Below are positions 39,364-54,189 of a stretch of 64,000 nt of DNA, piece after piece. Location of the stretch: assembly GCF_036321535.1 (NCBI RefSeq), contig NC_087436.1, forward strand, positions 90,584,001-90,648,000, given 5' to 3'. Both the position numbers and the translations under genes were made by a program. Each line of letters opens with the position of its first letter. Position 1 is the first letter of the stretch. The stretch is from Camelus dromedarius. Lineage: Eukaryota. A model generated the notes under the pieces. It saw nothing but the letters and a program-made list of their open reading frames with translations, was not told the DNA's origin and made no database searches.

Positions 39364-41359
39364 GTAAGATATGTCCATACTAAAGCAGCTCTATCACCCT
39401 GTGATTAGAGAACTTCACAGGAAGAACGAACATCTGAGGACATTCTGCTCCCAGTTGATTTTGACCCTATTACAAGTGAGCTCTTCACTCACTCAAAAAG
39501 ATCCTACAGACCACCCCTAGTGACAGTCTGTATCTTGAAAGAATTTGGTAGAATGAACTGTCACCCTACATGGCAAGAATCTCACTGATGAAGACATCAA
39601 GGGTATAGAAATTGTGAAAAGATACTGTATAGATTTATTTAGAGGAGACAATAATCTAGAGTGTGTAGATAATCCACATTTAGCAATTAGATTGGAAAAT
39701 ACGAAAACTGAATCTTTTTAAATTAGGCATGCCTAAAGTATATCACATAAAGAAAAAACTGAATTTCCTAATTCTATGATAAAGGAAGAATAATTACACT
39801 AAGGGTATATAGAATCAATTATTTTCATAATGAAAGGACTTAGAAGTCATTAAAAAAAATCTTTGCCTTTCCAGAATAGCTTTAGAAATGGCAGAGCTAG
39901 AGTAATGAGACAAATGATGAAACCACATGGTGAGTTAAGATAATGTTCAGCTGAATCTTAGAAAAGGCCTAAGATGGGTGAAAACAAACACTTCATCACA
40001 GGTAAGTAAGCAATGGTTGAGATAGTTTAGCAGGATTCATACAAAAGAGGACAAACCTGACTCCAAAAATTAGAACAATTATTGACTGCAGATGGAATGA
40101 AAGACAGCATGGACCTGTGTGATGTTGTTAGGGGTCAGCTAATATTTAAGAAACACGCTGAAAAATAAACTAACAGGGGATCCTGAGACATCAGGGCTCT
40201 ACGTATAATCATTTGAAAATATGATGAGAATTCTGAGTGTGTCCAAACTTCTGATTAAGGAAGCTACACCAGATTTCAAATGTGGAACATTAGTGACAAA
40301 ACAAATGAGATAATGTGTATAAACTTTCCTTGTAAAAAGTGATGGTATTCCTCACTCTTTTTGTATTGTAATGTTTCAACAAGTATCAAAGGAATAAGAA
40401 CTTTCTTAAGCTGAAGAATTTTATTTTCAATTTTAAATGTTTTATTTTCACAGAATATTATAACTCACTGTATTCATCTTTAAGACTGTTTACTTCTGGA
40501 TTTTCCTATATGGTAATAGAAATTATGGATATTTCCAGATAAGTGTCAGAGGAGTCTTATTATTCTTTGGAATTCCTTGCTGATTTTCCTATTGAAGTGT
40601 TTGTTTTTTTGTCACTGACTTACCACAGCATGGCATCTTTTAGCCCAAGGAGGTTAAGTGAAACAATAATTCTTTACAGGCTCATTTTTATGTTTGAGAC
40701 ATGCATCAGTGGGTATCAAATTCTGCAAGAGAAAGTCTCTTGGAATATTTTAAACAGAGGAAGATCATTGTTCGAGAAAAAGAAAAAAATATATATATAT
40801 ATATCACTTGGGTTTTTATTTTAAAAATTAGACCTCTGGATCCAAATGATCAGTAAAATGTAATAGTTCAAAAGCTGTGTGAGGGGTAAGGGAGAAATGC
40901 ATTATTAACTATACAGGTGGTAGGTAGTGCTCCTGCTGAGTAGAATGCCCTATAGTTTCTTACCTAAAGCTGTTTAATTGGCTGAATCTTGTTGCAGAGA
41001 GGAGAATTTGTGGCATATTACCACCACAGGACATTTATAAATTGTTACTGTTCACTTGAGCACACATAAAAAGAATCAAATGTGGAACTTCATCTGAAGA
41101 AAGACTTCAGATGGTAAAATCCATCTCAGCCCTGGTTCAGTGATCTTAAGGGGAGCCACAAGACCCATGTTCTCAGCTGGTTTTCTCTTAATTTATAGGA
41201 ATGGTATTTTGGAAGAGAACTGGATTTTTTCTTCAGTATTTTTAAAAGTTAAACTGATGGTGATTTTGGTGTTTAAGCCCATGAATCCTTTGGATTAGAA
41301 AAAATGTTTCTAAAACACACTGAAGATTTACAGAGTTTTGGTCATTTCCAAATGAATAT

Positions 41360-41560
41360 TGTAATTATGGGCCAGGCTTGGTGAGATACATGCTGTATGG
41401 ATTGTCAAATTCACTTCTCATAATAGCCCTAAATAGGTACATACTATTATTAGCCCCATTGTATACATGAAGAAATGAAGAACCAGAGAAGCGAATCAGT
41501 GACAAAGGTTATAGAACTGAATGGTGGAGATGAGAAGTAAATCCAATTCATTTATCACCA
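41360..41560 (-). mobile_element. MIR SINE
   Basis: 'ctattattagccccattgtatacatgaagaaatgaag'. Confidence 0.65.
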
Positions 41561-42559
41561 AAGATGGAATCTTAAAGTATGTCTGGGTGATTGATTGAGA
41601 GAAGTAGCATTATGCTATCCTTCTAATTTACCTAAAGAGTTTTTTTACTTACTGAAAAATTCATAATGTCTGGCATAGCAATTTCCACTCCACTGTACTC
41701 TTATTACAGGTGGGACCACCTGAAGATTATTCTTCCAGGATCCCATGTGTTATATGCTTTATGACATCCACCTGTTAGTTTCTGCTGGCGAACAACTGAG
41801 GAAGGTGAATTTCATTCGAACTGTTGCCCACTGTGCACCTAGCGTAGGTCAGGCTCTGAGTATCTTGTGCTGCCTCATTTCCTGCTCCTGATTTGACCCT
41901 CAAATGCCTATTTCACCTCAGTGGGTGAGTGTGTAGCCATTTTGAATTAAGTAATTTATTTGGCCATAGTTTTCTCGACTGCAAATTGAGGCTACTAAAA
42001 GAAACTTCCTATGAGTTTGTCATGTTGATCTTGTGCGTCAGTTACCGTCAAGTGCTGAGCTCAGCACCTGAAATGTACTAACCAGGAGAAGTACCAACAG
42101 AAGTAGAAGAAACAATGTAGAAATGGCGGTGGTGAGGTGGTAGTTGTAGGTGAAGTGTCTTATTTATATATTTTCTCTAATTCTAATATTAAAAGACAAG
42201 AAGGAATCATGGAGCAAAATCAGAAAAAGAAGAAAAGACGGAAATATTCTTATTTAAAGAAGACAGAGAACAGGAAACAATTTATTATAAATTTCTCACT
42301 GTTTGAAAATCTTATTCAATCTGTTTTCATAGGATGCCTTCAGATACAGAAATAAAATAGGATTATTTACTGCTTAAAAATAGGGGTGAGGAGATGAGAG
42401 AAGCTGTGTTCTAAACAAAGAATTGATTGCAAAAGAAAGTAAAACAGTATTGCTGGTCAACATAGAATTCAGGTATGTCTAGGGGTAATAAGATTTAAAT
42501 TTGTGTGATTCCAGTGAAGCTATTCTGTTGAGTAGCAATCTACCACGATTTTCAATTTT

Positions 42560-42720
42560 GAAAGTGCTTTCTCGTATGTTTCATCTTCTGCTCTTTGCAA
42601 TACAATTGAGAGTCTCAGGAAAGGTTGTATATCCATTTTACATCAGGAAATTGAGGCTTAAAGCAGAATGTCACTTATCCAACATCAAAAAAGCAGAATG
42701 TGTCAGAATCAAGGTTACAA
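42560..42720 (-). mobile_element. MIR SINE
   Basis: 'atccattttacatcaggaaattgaggctta'. Confidence 0.6.
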
Positions 42721-43163
42721 TATTTTTCTTCCCATGCATACTCAATTTTTTTCTGTTGTTTTACACTCTGCCATTCATTTTACAAAGATCACATGATTAA
42801 TACATTTTGTCCTGTACCTTTTCTATAATAGACCATGTCCTAAGCTTATAAAAGAAAATATGAGGTAAACACAGTTAAGGTGAAATCTTTGCTAAATATT
42901 AAGCGCTCTATTGTTATTTTTCTGAGAACCACTGAGTGTTTTCCAGCTGTGACATTTTTCTGATTTCCATAAAGGGAACCAAATATAGATTCAATGACTT
43001 GAATCTAGAATCAAGTAGATTTCAAAAAGAAGTCAAGTGCTTCTTCACAATTATCATTTATCTTATTTTTAGACTCTATAAAAGGCTTTACTGAAATATG
43101 AAGTAGAAAGCAGTAAGCTTTAATGACTCATCATCATACATTTTAAAATTTAAAATATCAATT

Positions 43164-43168
43164 GTGTA

Positions 43169-43204
<36 letters not shown>

Positions 43205-43205
43205 C
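43164..43205. repeat. (TG)n(TA)n microsatellite
   Basis: Directly visible. Confidence 0.95.
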
Positions 43206-46200
43206 ACTTTTATATTAATACATTTTTCCTTCTTCCTTTGAGTCTATTTTTTTTTCCTTTTTTCAACTAAGGAGCATTCATTTGTAGTGTGATCAGAGGT
43301 TCTGGCCAGAAAATACAGTACAGAACTTCTATTGTACACATAATAGACATATACCTGTTAATTCACTGTGCAAATCTAAGCTTTTAGTAGTACCCTTCAA
43401 GTCTAATCAGGATTTTCAAAATTCTACTGCGTTCTTGTATTTTCTTTGTATGCATGTGGCTGTAATAAGCTAAAGCATTTGCCTTAATTTGGGAGTTTCA
43501 TGAATTTTAAGACACCAATGTGTCTGTATTTTCTTATGGAAAAATAAATCCAATATTAAGAGGGGTGTTAACTGAAAAGTTAATCTGTGTGACTAATCCC
43601 TGAAACCATAGCCTGGCAGGTGTATGGTTTTTTTATAAAAGACTGTAAGCATTGCTTACTGCTTCCTCATGTGAGTTTTGGTAAATTACTGGGTAATGCA
43701 TCTAATGACACTGAAGATGAGTTTCTTTCTTCTCACATGGCCCTTTCCTGTATTTTCTTCAGTCATAGTAATGTTTTTTATAGTATCAACATTTGCCACA
43801 TACTAATTAGAAAAGGTGCTTCTCAATTATATTTTCATCCTTGTGACTGCTAAAATGTGCAAGGATATATATTCCTTAGATTTATTTCTAAATATTTCTT
43901 GGCTATTTTATTCACTGTCATATGAAATCATAAGAACAATAGACTTTTAAAAATTACTTACAGCCCTGTTATCAATCAAGTCAATTTGACAACTCCTTTT
44001 GTTCCAATCTTACTCGCATGACTACAAAATTTAAATAGTTTTAATTATGGATAGCTTTCCAATTTTTTTTTTAATTTTTGGTATTTTGAACAACTCAGAT
44101 CTCAAAAGATAGAAAAGTCTTTAAGATCCAATTCCAGGGAAATAATAAAACTGAGATCATTTTGGACTTGTATGTGGTTATTCTTAAAACAAACAAACAA
44201 AAATAAGTAAAATGAATCTAGTTAGACCCTGGACTGTTTGCTTCATTTGACCTTTATCCGTGTAGCAGCTGTACTCTGGCAGGATGTGCCATGTGAGAAT
44301 ATAAGGCTTTTTTATTTTCAAAATAAAAATATCATTAAACATCTTTGCTTGGTAAGAATAAAGCGGTAACTCCAGCCATAGCTACAGCGACAATAAAATA
44401 AGCAGTTAGAATACTAATGAATCCATTTTATAGCAAAGTGAAATGAGAACTCCCAAATGACTGAGCAGCAGGGGTGAGCCGTATCTCTCAACTAGCCTTT
44501 CAGCAGGTCAATAAATCATTAATTAACTTTTTTATCCTCCTAGAGAAGTCCTCTTCTGTTGATAGACATCTCAGGAGATTCCCTTTTCATTTGACAGAAT
44601 GCCAAGCATCCAAATAGATTGTTTATCTGAATCCAATATTCAAAGGATCTCCTCTGAGATGCAAAATGCATTTTTAACATCATAGTTAGTTTGAGTATGT
44701 TGTCCCACCCTAAAAATGCTTGCTGCCTAGGTAGTCAAGCCTTGTTAATCAGAGTTAACCCAGAACAGTAATTGTTTATGCTTTTCCCTAAAATTTTCCC
44801 AGGTTTTCTTTTCTTCATCAGCTGCCACCAAAAGCAAACACGGAGACGTAGGTAGCATGTACAACACACCTGAGCCTCCAGAATCTCGGGTTATTCTACA
44901 AATCCTTTAGTGATCCGTCTCCGTGAAGCTTTCTTGGTTTCCCCCTTTCTTTGAATTTTTCTTATCCTGAGTTCCTATAGGCTTACTAACTAATTTATGT
45001 TAAGGAAGGACAAATAGCCCAATGATTAATTCCATTGTCTAATTTGTCTCCAGCAAAAAAAAAAAAAAAAAAAAAAACAGAAAAGCAAAAAGCAATGCCT
45101 AGAACCATTGTAAGCCCTCAGTCAACACTGAATCTAAACAAATAAAAACATAAATAAAGCAAGAAACAACAATTTTATTTTAATTTTCAGAGTAAATTCT
45201 TGTGACTTATATGAAGAAATACAAGCTTGAAGTGACTTTATAAGGGCTAAATTATTTGAACAAGACAAGTGATTTAGGTAAGAGTTCTTAGGCCAAGAAT
45301 GAAATGAACTCAAAACATGAAGGTAATTATAAAGCCCAGGTTAATGAGAATGCATGATGAGCTACGTTTTTTTCTAACCTATAATAAAATAAAATTCAAC
45401 AAGTTGGAAAGAGGAGAAAGCTATAAAATGGAACATGACCAGGTAATAGATTATCAAGGCCCTGATTCATGAGGCTGACTTTGGAGAGACCAGCATCAGA
45501 GACCAAGCAGCCTTCATCCAAAAGAATAGTATCAATAGTTGAATGGGAGCAGAATTCCAGTCCTCATTTAAAGAAATACCAGATACACGTCCAGGCATCT
45601 ACGTTAGCCAATATCTCATTCGTATAAAGATCATACAGTGTATTTTATCCACAGCAGTGACACCTATCGGTGCCCCCAAATGTTGTTTAGCTCCATCCAA
45701 AATTCCCATTTTAACCTCCCCTCTTTAATTGATCCAGGCAAACATTCTCCCTGATAACGAAGCTGGAGCTTAGATACTTAAGGTAGGGGTCTTTGTGTTA
45801 TGAAAAGGGACCTAATGAAACTATTCTAAGATCTTCACCAAAGCTTTGAAAACAGTGAAACACTACCTCTACTCATCACTCATACATACCCTAATTAGAG
45901 AAATAACAGAAATAGATCCAATCCATTATGCTACAGAATTTCACACTCTCACTTCTGGATGCTTAACAGCTGAGCATAGGTAAGTCCAAATAGCTATCAC
46001 TGATTTTAGCTTTCTTCATAGAAACTAGCAGAGCAAAGGCATATAAACTTGCGAAGGTATAATGACTCACTTGAAATTCAGTGTAATAAACGGCACCCGA
46101 GGTAAGAATATATGACTTGTGGAGTCAGTGGGGGAAACAGGAAAGGAATAAATAGCATAATATAAAAAATAAGGACAATATAAATAAAAACACTGCAGAA

Positions 46201-49074
46201 TTCAGAACAGCACAAACCTGCCTAGTGTTTACTCATATAAAGAAATAAAACACATCGTGATGTTGATTTTGCTAAGAGCAATGCTGTGTAAGTCAGGGTT
46301 ACTATAGTTCAGATTTTCAGTTGGTAATTGCCATGAGTTTGAGTTGAGTTTGAAAATATTTTTTTGGTAATAAGGGACTATTTTGTTATGAACTTGCTTA
46401 TCTTTTATCATTAATTATACTGCCATCTAGTAGGATGGTTTTTTATATCACTGATGTTAGAACTAAATTCTAAAATAGAGTAAATATTAGGGAGTACAGA
46501 TTCAATGAAAAACAGTATTGGTAGTAAGCAACTGAGGACTCTACCTCTAACTTGAACCTGAAAGTATGTTGACGTGTCTGTCATGTCACCTTAAACCAAT
46601 AAATATTTAGGTCTTAAGCAAAACTGCGCTATGCTTCTGACATTCTTGTGGTAAAAACATTGTCAGCAAAAGACAATTTAATCGTAATAACAAGGTCGTG
46701 CAAACTTTTTAGAAAGCATTAGCTTTCAAATGTTACGTTTATAAATGGAATTAAGCCCAATGAGTGCATTCCTGTTTGTTCTGATATAAATCTAAAACTG
46801 GATGCTTGGGAACATTGTAGACACATTGTGATAAGCTTGCCTGTTATATGAGGGTCTCAATGAATTATTTTGAAAAATCACCAGTCTTATCACTTGGAAT
46901 TGCTGACAACTACCTCCCTGCTCCAACTTCTGGTTCACAGAAAACTCAAATGCAGGGAATATAAGAAAATGCTTAGCATCCTTTGTTTAAACGACTTCAG
47001 CAGATCTAATTAAGCAATTCTCGATTTCCACAAGGATACAGAATTTAACTACAACCAGGGAGATTTTTAGTCCCAGCGCAGAGTAAGTGGTTCATTCTAA
47101 GCACATGGTGGTTTCCACTTGGCAACAGGAGGCAACAATTCAAGCCCAAGGCTCAGGGTGACTTTCTCTCACATGCCTCCACCTCTTCTCAGCAACCATG
47201 ACACATGTCTCCACCCCATTTAATTCCCATTTTTATTGTCAAGACTTCTTAGTTTTATATTTAACTTTTCTCATTTATTTATTTCCTTATGTTTCAGTAG
47301 CAAAACTTGAAAATTATTTACAACAGCAACTTATGTTTCAAATATATTGGAACACAAATGATTACATTTCTCAAAATACATACAGAAATCAAGTTGCATA
47401 TAATGGAATTTTCCATAAGGGAATTCATGATAAGAAAATCATTTCTGTATTTAAGAAGAATTTCTAGGCCAGTGCTTAAGCAGAGACTTAAAATATCAGC
47501 TCTGAAACTAGAAAGCAGCATCCTCCGTCAATCCAGGATATTAAAAATAAGTATATTTGATAGTGAAGAGGATTCTTAGAACCTGAGAAAAAGGAAGGAC
47601 TCAATCAAATAATAGATTATCCTCTCATCTATAGTAAGTGCTTATATAAGTTACTAAAATATGAAGATGAGTGAATAACATAAAAAACCTACTGTAGTCC
47701 TCAGTGTAGGTAAGAAAAATATTTCATCTGCACTGTTAGTTGTCATTTTCAACTAATTTTGTTTGTAGGGTATGTAAAGTTGCAACTCAAAACATATAAT
47801 TCTCCCCAATTTTCTGCCATTATAAATAAATAAACTTATGAATTTGAAAAATCTTACCTGATTAATGCAATCAAGTATATAATACCCAGGATAAGCAAAC
47901 TTAGCAAGCTGCTCCCCATGAACAATGATGTTTCTAACAAGGTCCCTGTGAGTCCACATAAGTGTGCTAACTTTCAAAAGCATTTACTCTAGTGTAAATG
48001 GACTACTTAAAAGTTGTGACAACCTATGAACAAATTTTTTCTCTCAGTAGACACTGGGCCACTTTAAGGCAAAGTTTGATCTGAGTTCCTGTGTTTGTGT
48101 CCTCAACTCTTAACAGTGGTACCTGGTGCGTAATGATGTTCCCTGTGTTTTTGTTGAAGGAATTAATAAATGAATGAAAATGTATAGTTCCACAAGTGCC
48201 AAGCAGCTTTAACATCAAGAGAATCAGAACCAAACAAGACAAATTTTGATGCTCAGGTAAAATAAGGTTCTTGTTGGGTTTTGATTTGCTGGGGTCATAC
48301 ATAAATTGATTGCCATTTAAAGAGAAAAAAATAGCTTTAAATAATCAGTCTCTAGAGAAACAGAATTCTAGCTAGGTGGCACTTTAATGAATTGAAATAC
48401 CACAATGATAGAAATATAATTAAGAACTAGTATTACCTTTTTGTGTTTAACACACCTTAGGGAACTCTAAGAAATAAGCTTGTCAAGGATAAATAAGACC
48501 TGAAATCCATTGAGATTAGAAACTAATCAATTTTCTAAAAAGAAAAGAAAGTATTAACCTCTGATAATTTATACAATTTAGTCAATGTATTGTCTATTTC
48601 ATATTACTATAAAAACTATGAAAGAAGTTCTGTGCAAAATTTGTATCTTACTGCAACTAATAGGTCCCCAGTGTTTGAGTACTCATATTTTACATTATGT
48701 GAATTACTTTAGCATCTACATGGTAAATGTATTGTGTTTTCAAATCCAAAAAGCTAATAATTGGCAAGACTTTAAGAGGCATTTGTTACATCTTCAATGT
48801 TTTGTTTGATTCACAATGTGGCAGAATCTATAAAACTGATTCAGGGTCAAAAATATCTAGTGGACATGGTGGCCAGAGTGACTCCCAGATCATCTCTGAT
48901 CTCAACTCTATGTAAATTTATTTCTGAACTGAAAGTGTGTTCAGAGTAACACTGAAGATTGTTTTTGTTCTAGTAACTCTGTTATTGCATTAGGTATCTA
49001 GCAGTTCGGATTCTGTGTTTGCAGAGAGAATTACATTTTAATTGCAGAGGAAGCATTTTAAAATAATATGCTCT

Positions 49075-49900
49075 TACGATTCAGTAACAAGCCTACAAAT
49101 AAGCCAGTAAAAATGGGCAAGATTTGAACAGTCACCTCACAAAACATGATATGAAAATGACTAATAAGTCCATGAAAAGACACTCAGCATCATTAGTTTT
49201 TAGGGAAATGTAAATTAGAAGCACAATGAAGTAATATTGGAAAATTCAGAGTGACTAATATTAAAATGACTAATAATATCATGTGTTGGCAATACGCAAA
49301 ACAACTGGAACTCACACACTGCTGCTATAAATTTAATATGGCAAAACCGTTTTGAAAAACAGTGTGACAGTTTCTTACAAAGTTAGATACTCTTACAACC
49401 TAAAAATACTAGTTTTCAGTACTTTCCCCAAGAGAAATAAAAACATATGTTCACACAATGATATATATACAAGTGTTGATAGCAGCTTAAATTCTGACTG
49501 CCAAAACTGCAACCAACCAAAATTTCCATCAACAGGTGACTAGATTTTTGAAAACCATCGTATATTCATATGGTAAAATACTATACAGCAATAAAAAGGA
49601 AGGGACTCCTGCTACTTGAGGTTTCAAATGCATTATGCTGAGGGGCAGTAGCTAGTCACAATAGAAGGTATAATGTATAAGTCTCATGGGAAAGCCAAAG
49701 CTAATCTCTGTGGCAGCAAAAGAGGTTTCCTAGGGCTAGGTGAGTGACTGAGTAGATTTCTTAGTATAATGGATATGATCCACTACTTATTTGCTGTGGG
49801 CAGTTCCACTGAACACACATTTCTCAACACTCAGGAAAATGTATACTTAAAACAGATGTATTATATTGCATGTAAATTATAGCTTAAAAAGTCAATTAAA
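49075..49900 (+). mobile_element. Old L1ME-like 3' fragment
   Basis: 'aaatgggcaagatttgaacag', 'catcattagtttttagggaaatgtaaatt' and the end 'tattgcatgtaaattatagcttaaaaa'. Confidence 0.75.
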
Positions 49901-50249
49901 AATTATACCAATCTTTAATAAAATAGGTGTAACTCTAACAATATACCTTGCCAAAGAATATAGCTGAATATATATGTTTTAGTAAAAATGACAATTTAAA
50001 ATCAAAATGATAATAATACTAAGAACATTTCTGAAAATTTACCATAAAAAGAATAGTAACATCTTGGAGTGCTTACTATACAGAGTACTTGTGTTAGCAC
50101 TTTTAACTTTGACCAGGTAAGGAATCTGAAAAATGAAAAGTTGATAACTAAGAAATGAGAACTTTATTAACTTGCTCACATTCTCACAGATATTCAAGAC
50201 TGCATCAGGGTACAAAATCCAGACCTCTCTGAATTTAAAGCCCAAAGAA

Positions 50250-51445
50250 CATAAAACCTGAAACTGTAAACATTCTAAAAGAAAATCTCCTTGATTTGGT
50301 CTTCGCAATGATTTTTTGTATATGACACAAAAAGCACAAACGAAAGAAAAATTTAACAAGTAAGACTACATCAAACTAAAAAGCTTTTACACACCAAAAT
50401 AAATGATCAACAAAATTAAAAAGCAACCTACAGAATAGGAGAAAATATTTGTAAGCCATATAACCAAGAAGAGGTTAATATCCAAAATATATAAGGAACT
50501 CTTACAACTCAATAGCAAAAACAAAACAAAATAATCCAATTAAAAATGGGCAAAGGACCTGAATAGACATTTTTCCAAAGAAGACATAAATGGACAACAG
50601 ATTCATGAAAAGGCTGTCAACATCACTAATTATTAGGGAAATGCAAATTCAAAGCACAGTGATATCACCTTATACCTGCTAAGGATGGCTATTTTCAAAA
50701 GTATAGGAGGTAAGTGCTAGCAAAGATGTGGAGAAAAGAGAACCTGGCTACATTCTTTGATGGGAATGTAAATTGGTACACCAATTATGGAAAACGGTAT
50801 GGTGGTTCCTAAAAAAATTAAACATAGAGCTAACATGTGATCCATCAATCTCACTTCTGGGAATATATCCAAAGCTAACAAAATCATTATCTCAAAGAGT
50901 TATCTGCACTTCCATGTTCATTGCATCATTGTTCATAATAGCCAAGATATGGAAACAACCTAGATGCCCATCAACAAATGAATGGATAAAGAGAATGCCA
51001 CACACACAGTGAAATATTATTCAGCCACAGTAAAGAAATTTTCATCTGTGAAAATATGCATAAAATTAGAGGCATAATGCTAAGTGAAATAAGCCTGACA
51101 CAGAATGGTATCACTTAAATGGAATTTTAAATAAATATATAAACAAACAAACAAACTCAGAGAGAGTAGAGTATAGGTTTCCAGAGGCTTGAGGAATGAG
51201 GGAAAATGGGAAAAACTGATCAAAGGGCACAAATTTTCAGTTATAAGATAAATAAGTTCCGAGAAACTAATTATAGCATGATGATTATATTTAATACTGT
51301 ATTATATACTTGAAATTGTTAAGGTTGTAGACTTTAGGCATCCTTACCAAAAACAAACAAATAAAAAAGGAACTATGTGAGGTTATAAATATGTTAACTT
51401 GATTGCAAAAATCATTTCACAATGTTTACATATATAAAATCGTCT
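50250..51445 (+). mobile_element. L1MA (MA8-10-like) 3' fragment
   Basis: ORF2 C-terminus '[16 protein letters not shown]...WKQPRCPS' and 3' UTR 'cagttataagataaataagttc...aactatgtgaggt'. Confidence 0.85.
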
Positions 51446-51764
51446 CATATTCCTAATGGGGATGGAACATTTGAGTTTCTGATAATTACAAGTTTCTATT
51501 TTATTACTGTAAATGAATTGCTTTTTAAAAAGGCATTTTTATCTTTACCTTGATTTTTAAAGATATGTTTTTAACAATTTTATTCTGTTTTAGCTGTACT
51601 AAAGAAAAACAAAGTACAAGGATCCAACTTTTGATTCATTCTCCCTCTATATTTACAAACTAGAAATTTAGAAGTAAGCAGAATATTCTAGGATTTAGAG
51701 AGTTTAGGGAGCACTGGGAATAAATATGAGCAAGTTCCAAGGAGGCGACTGATGAAAAATCCCT

Positions 51765-51858
51765 GTGCTCATTTCAGCAGCACAAAATTGTAATGATACA
51801 GAGAAGATTAGCCTGGCCCCTGTGCAAGGATGACACACAAACTTGTTCAATATTTTTT
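51765..51858 (+). pseudogene. U6 snRNA retropseudogene
   Basis: gtgctc...cagcac...gatacagagaagattagcctggcccctgtgcaaggatgacacacaa...atatttttt matches U6 from end to end with two internal deletions. TSD aaaaatccct (51755-51764) / aaaaatcctt (51859-51868). Confidence 0.95.
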
Positions 51859-54189
51859 AAAAATCCTTGTTGTCATGCAGTTTTCCCTTTTTATAAGAGA
51901 CATTTTCTGTGGCATTTCTCTACTTAAATTTAAAACTGGGTCTTCATTTCAGTAAAGGTTAAGGGTTCCCTTAAAAGGGGTATTAAGGTTATCAACTTAC
52001 TAACATTTACATAGATCTGGATGATGTTTTGACTTCAGAGCAAAGATGGAGTTTTCTAGAGCTGGGCATGTAAAGCTGTAATTAGAAGTTTTCTTGATGC
52101 TATTGTAAATGGATGACACAATTTTCAGAGATGGTAAGAGGCATAAAATGTTGAAATAATTTGTGCATTTGAAATAAGACATAGTAACTATGTTTTCCTT
52201 GCTTCGAGTTAATCTAAAACTATGGTCTGAAACTCAATATGGAATTGCATATATTAGATAACACAGTGTTTGTTATGCACTCTTACTTGTTACTGACAGA
52301 ACAGAAACTTGTTAGAGATAAATGAAAACACACTCTGATTGGTTTTATCCTTCCTATGTATTTTCAATAAAACAGATGCTGTCCTGAGATAGCAGTATCA
52401 TTTGGTGTGTTGCTAAATCTTTTTTTGCAGATCTAACACATGCCTGACATATGGTAGGAATCCAGTAGTTTTCTGTTGCATATGGAACACTGAGAAACTT
52501 TAAGGAAACAGGCATAAACTTGAAAAAATACTTTTTATTTTCTTCTTGGATTTTTCAGTGTTGTTCCTATGAACTGTTATTCAGCTTCTAAATGGGTAAA
52601 GTTACCACACAAAAGATCCATTAAAGAACATTCAATATTATTTTTAGGATAAAGATACAATTATAAATTTACTTGTGTTTGTGTTACTCTTTAAAAGTTA
52701 GTAAAAATTGTAGTCTGGTATCAGGTAAACGTAAGTTATCCAATAAAGATAAAGAATATATACAATTTTACTGAGTCTTCCAGAAATTTATTGTCATAAA
52801 TATTTGAAATAATGAAGAATATTCAGCCTGAACTAATAGGGCAGCGAAACAGAAAACCCAGAGTACACTCTGATTGGTGTTAGTGATACAGAAATAATAG
52901 TGTTGCAACTTAGGTGGATAAGTCAACAGACACAGATGAGAGGAGGTAATAATAAGGTAATTTTCTACTCAGAGATCATTTTCTGCTTCAGTCTTTCTTG
53001 CACAAATTCTTTTTACAGAAATGCAGCTTTTGAGCTCTGCTTAGGAAGCCATTAAACTGTTCATTTTAAACTCATCATTCATCAGAAAAAAAGAGATACA
53101 AAAACAAGTATGCTAGCACTGGAATTATTTTTCAAGAAAAGCTTCAGTGCCTACATGGTTATAAATGCCCCAACAGTAATATATCCCATCCCACCTAGAT
53201 CTGCACCTGGTCACAACATTTAGCAATCGTAGAAGCCTGTATCATAAGAAAAGTTTGATACAGTTTAAAATAAGAACCAAGGAGGCATAGAAGACATTTT
53301 AGAAACATTTCTATCAAAATGTAATTCCTGGAACGTAAAGGGTTAAACATCAAATAACTGGTGTGTCAAGTTGTTTTTCATGTTTGACTTTTAAAAGCAC
53401 ACAAGTAAAATTATAATTGCACGTTTATTGTTAGCACAAGGTTAAATGTTTTATAATGGGTCGCTTATGTCATTATATTTCATATTCTGAATCTGAACAC
53501 TTTTGTTTACAATTTGAGTATATAAATTAACATTGAAAGTTGAGGTGAAAAACAACTTTTTCCAACATTATGCCTGCTTCCTTAAAATTGGTGATTTTTT
53601 TATATACAACAATTTGAAGTAGAGAAAAATAATGAGATTTGGAGAACTTAAAATCTCCAGCATGTAATAAATTGCAGCTTCTGAAAATATTGATTTGTGA
53701 AAGTCTATTAATCAGAATTACTTATCCCTTAGGGAATCCATGTTGATATGGTTTAATGCCTTAAAAAATTATGATAAATCTGCCTTGTTAAAGACATCCT
53801 GTACATCTTATGTAGCAATGTATTTGCCGGTGTATTATTTTTCTGAATAAAAATCCATTTTTGTCATTGATGATCAAAATACAGACATTAGAAGAGAAAA
53901 CAGCAGATTATGTTTGTGTCTTAGAGTTGAGTTTTTAAGGTCAGATACTCATTTTCTGTATGTCATAAACTGTTGACCTAACACTGCAACAGTGACTACC
54001 TGTATCAGATAGGACTGAGTTGTAGAAACCATGCTAGATGGTTTTCCCAGAAGGAAATGTACAATATTTCACATAATTGATAGTATTGATTATAAGACAC
54101 ATCATTATTTCCTGTACTACTAAGAAAGAATTGAAAGTGGGAAAATATATTTAGAATTGAAGGAATACAGTTTTGTCATATAGACCATT

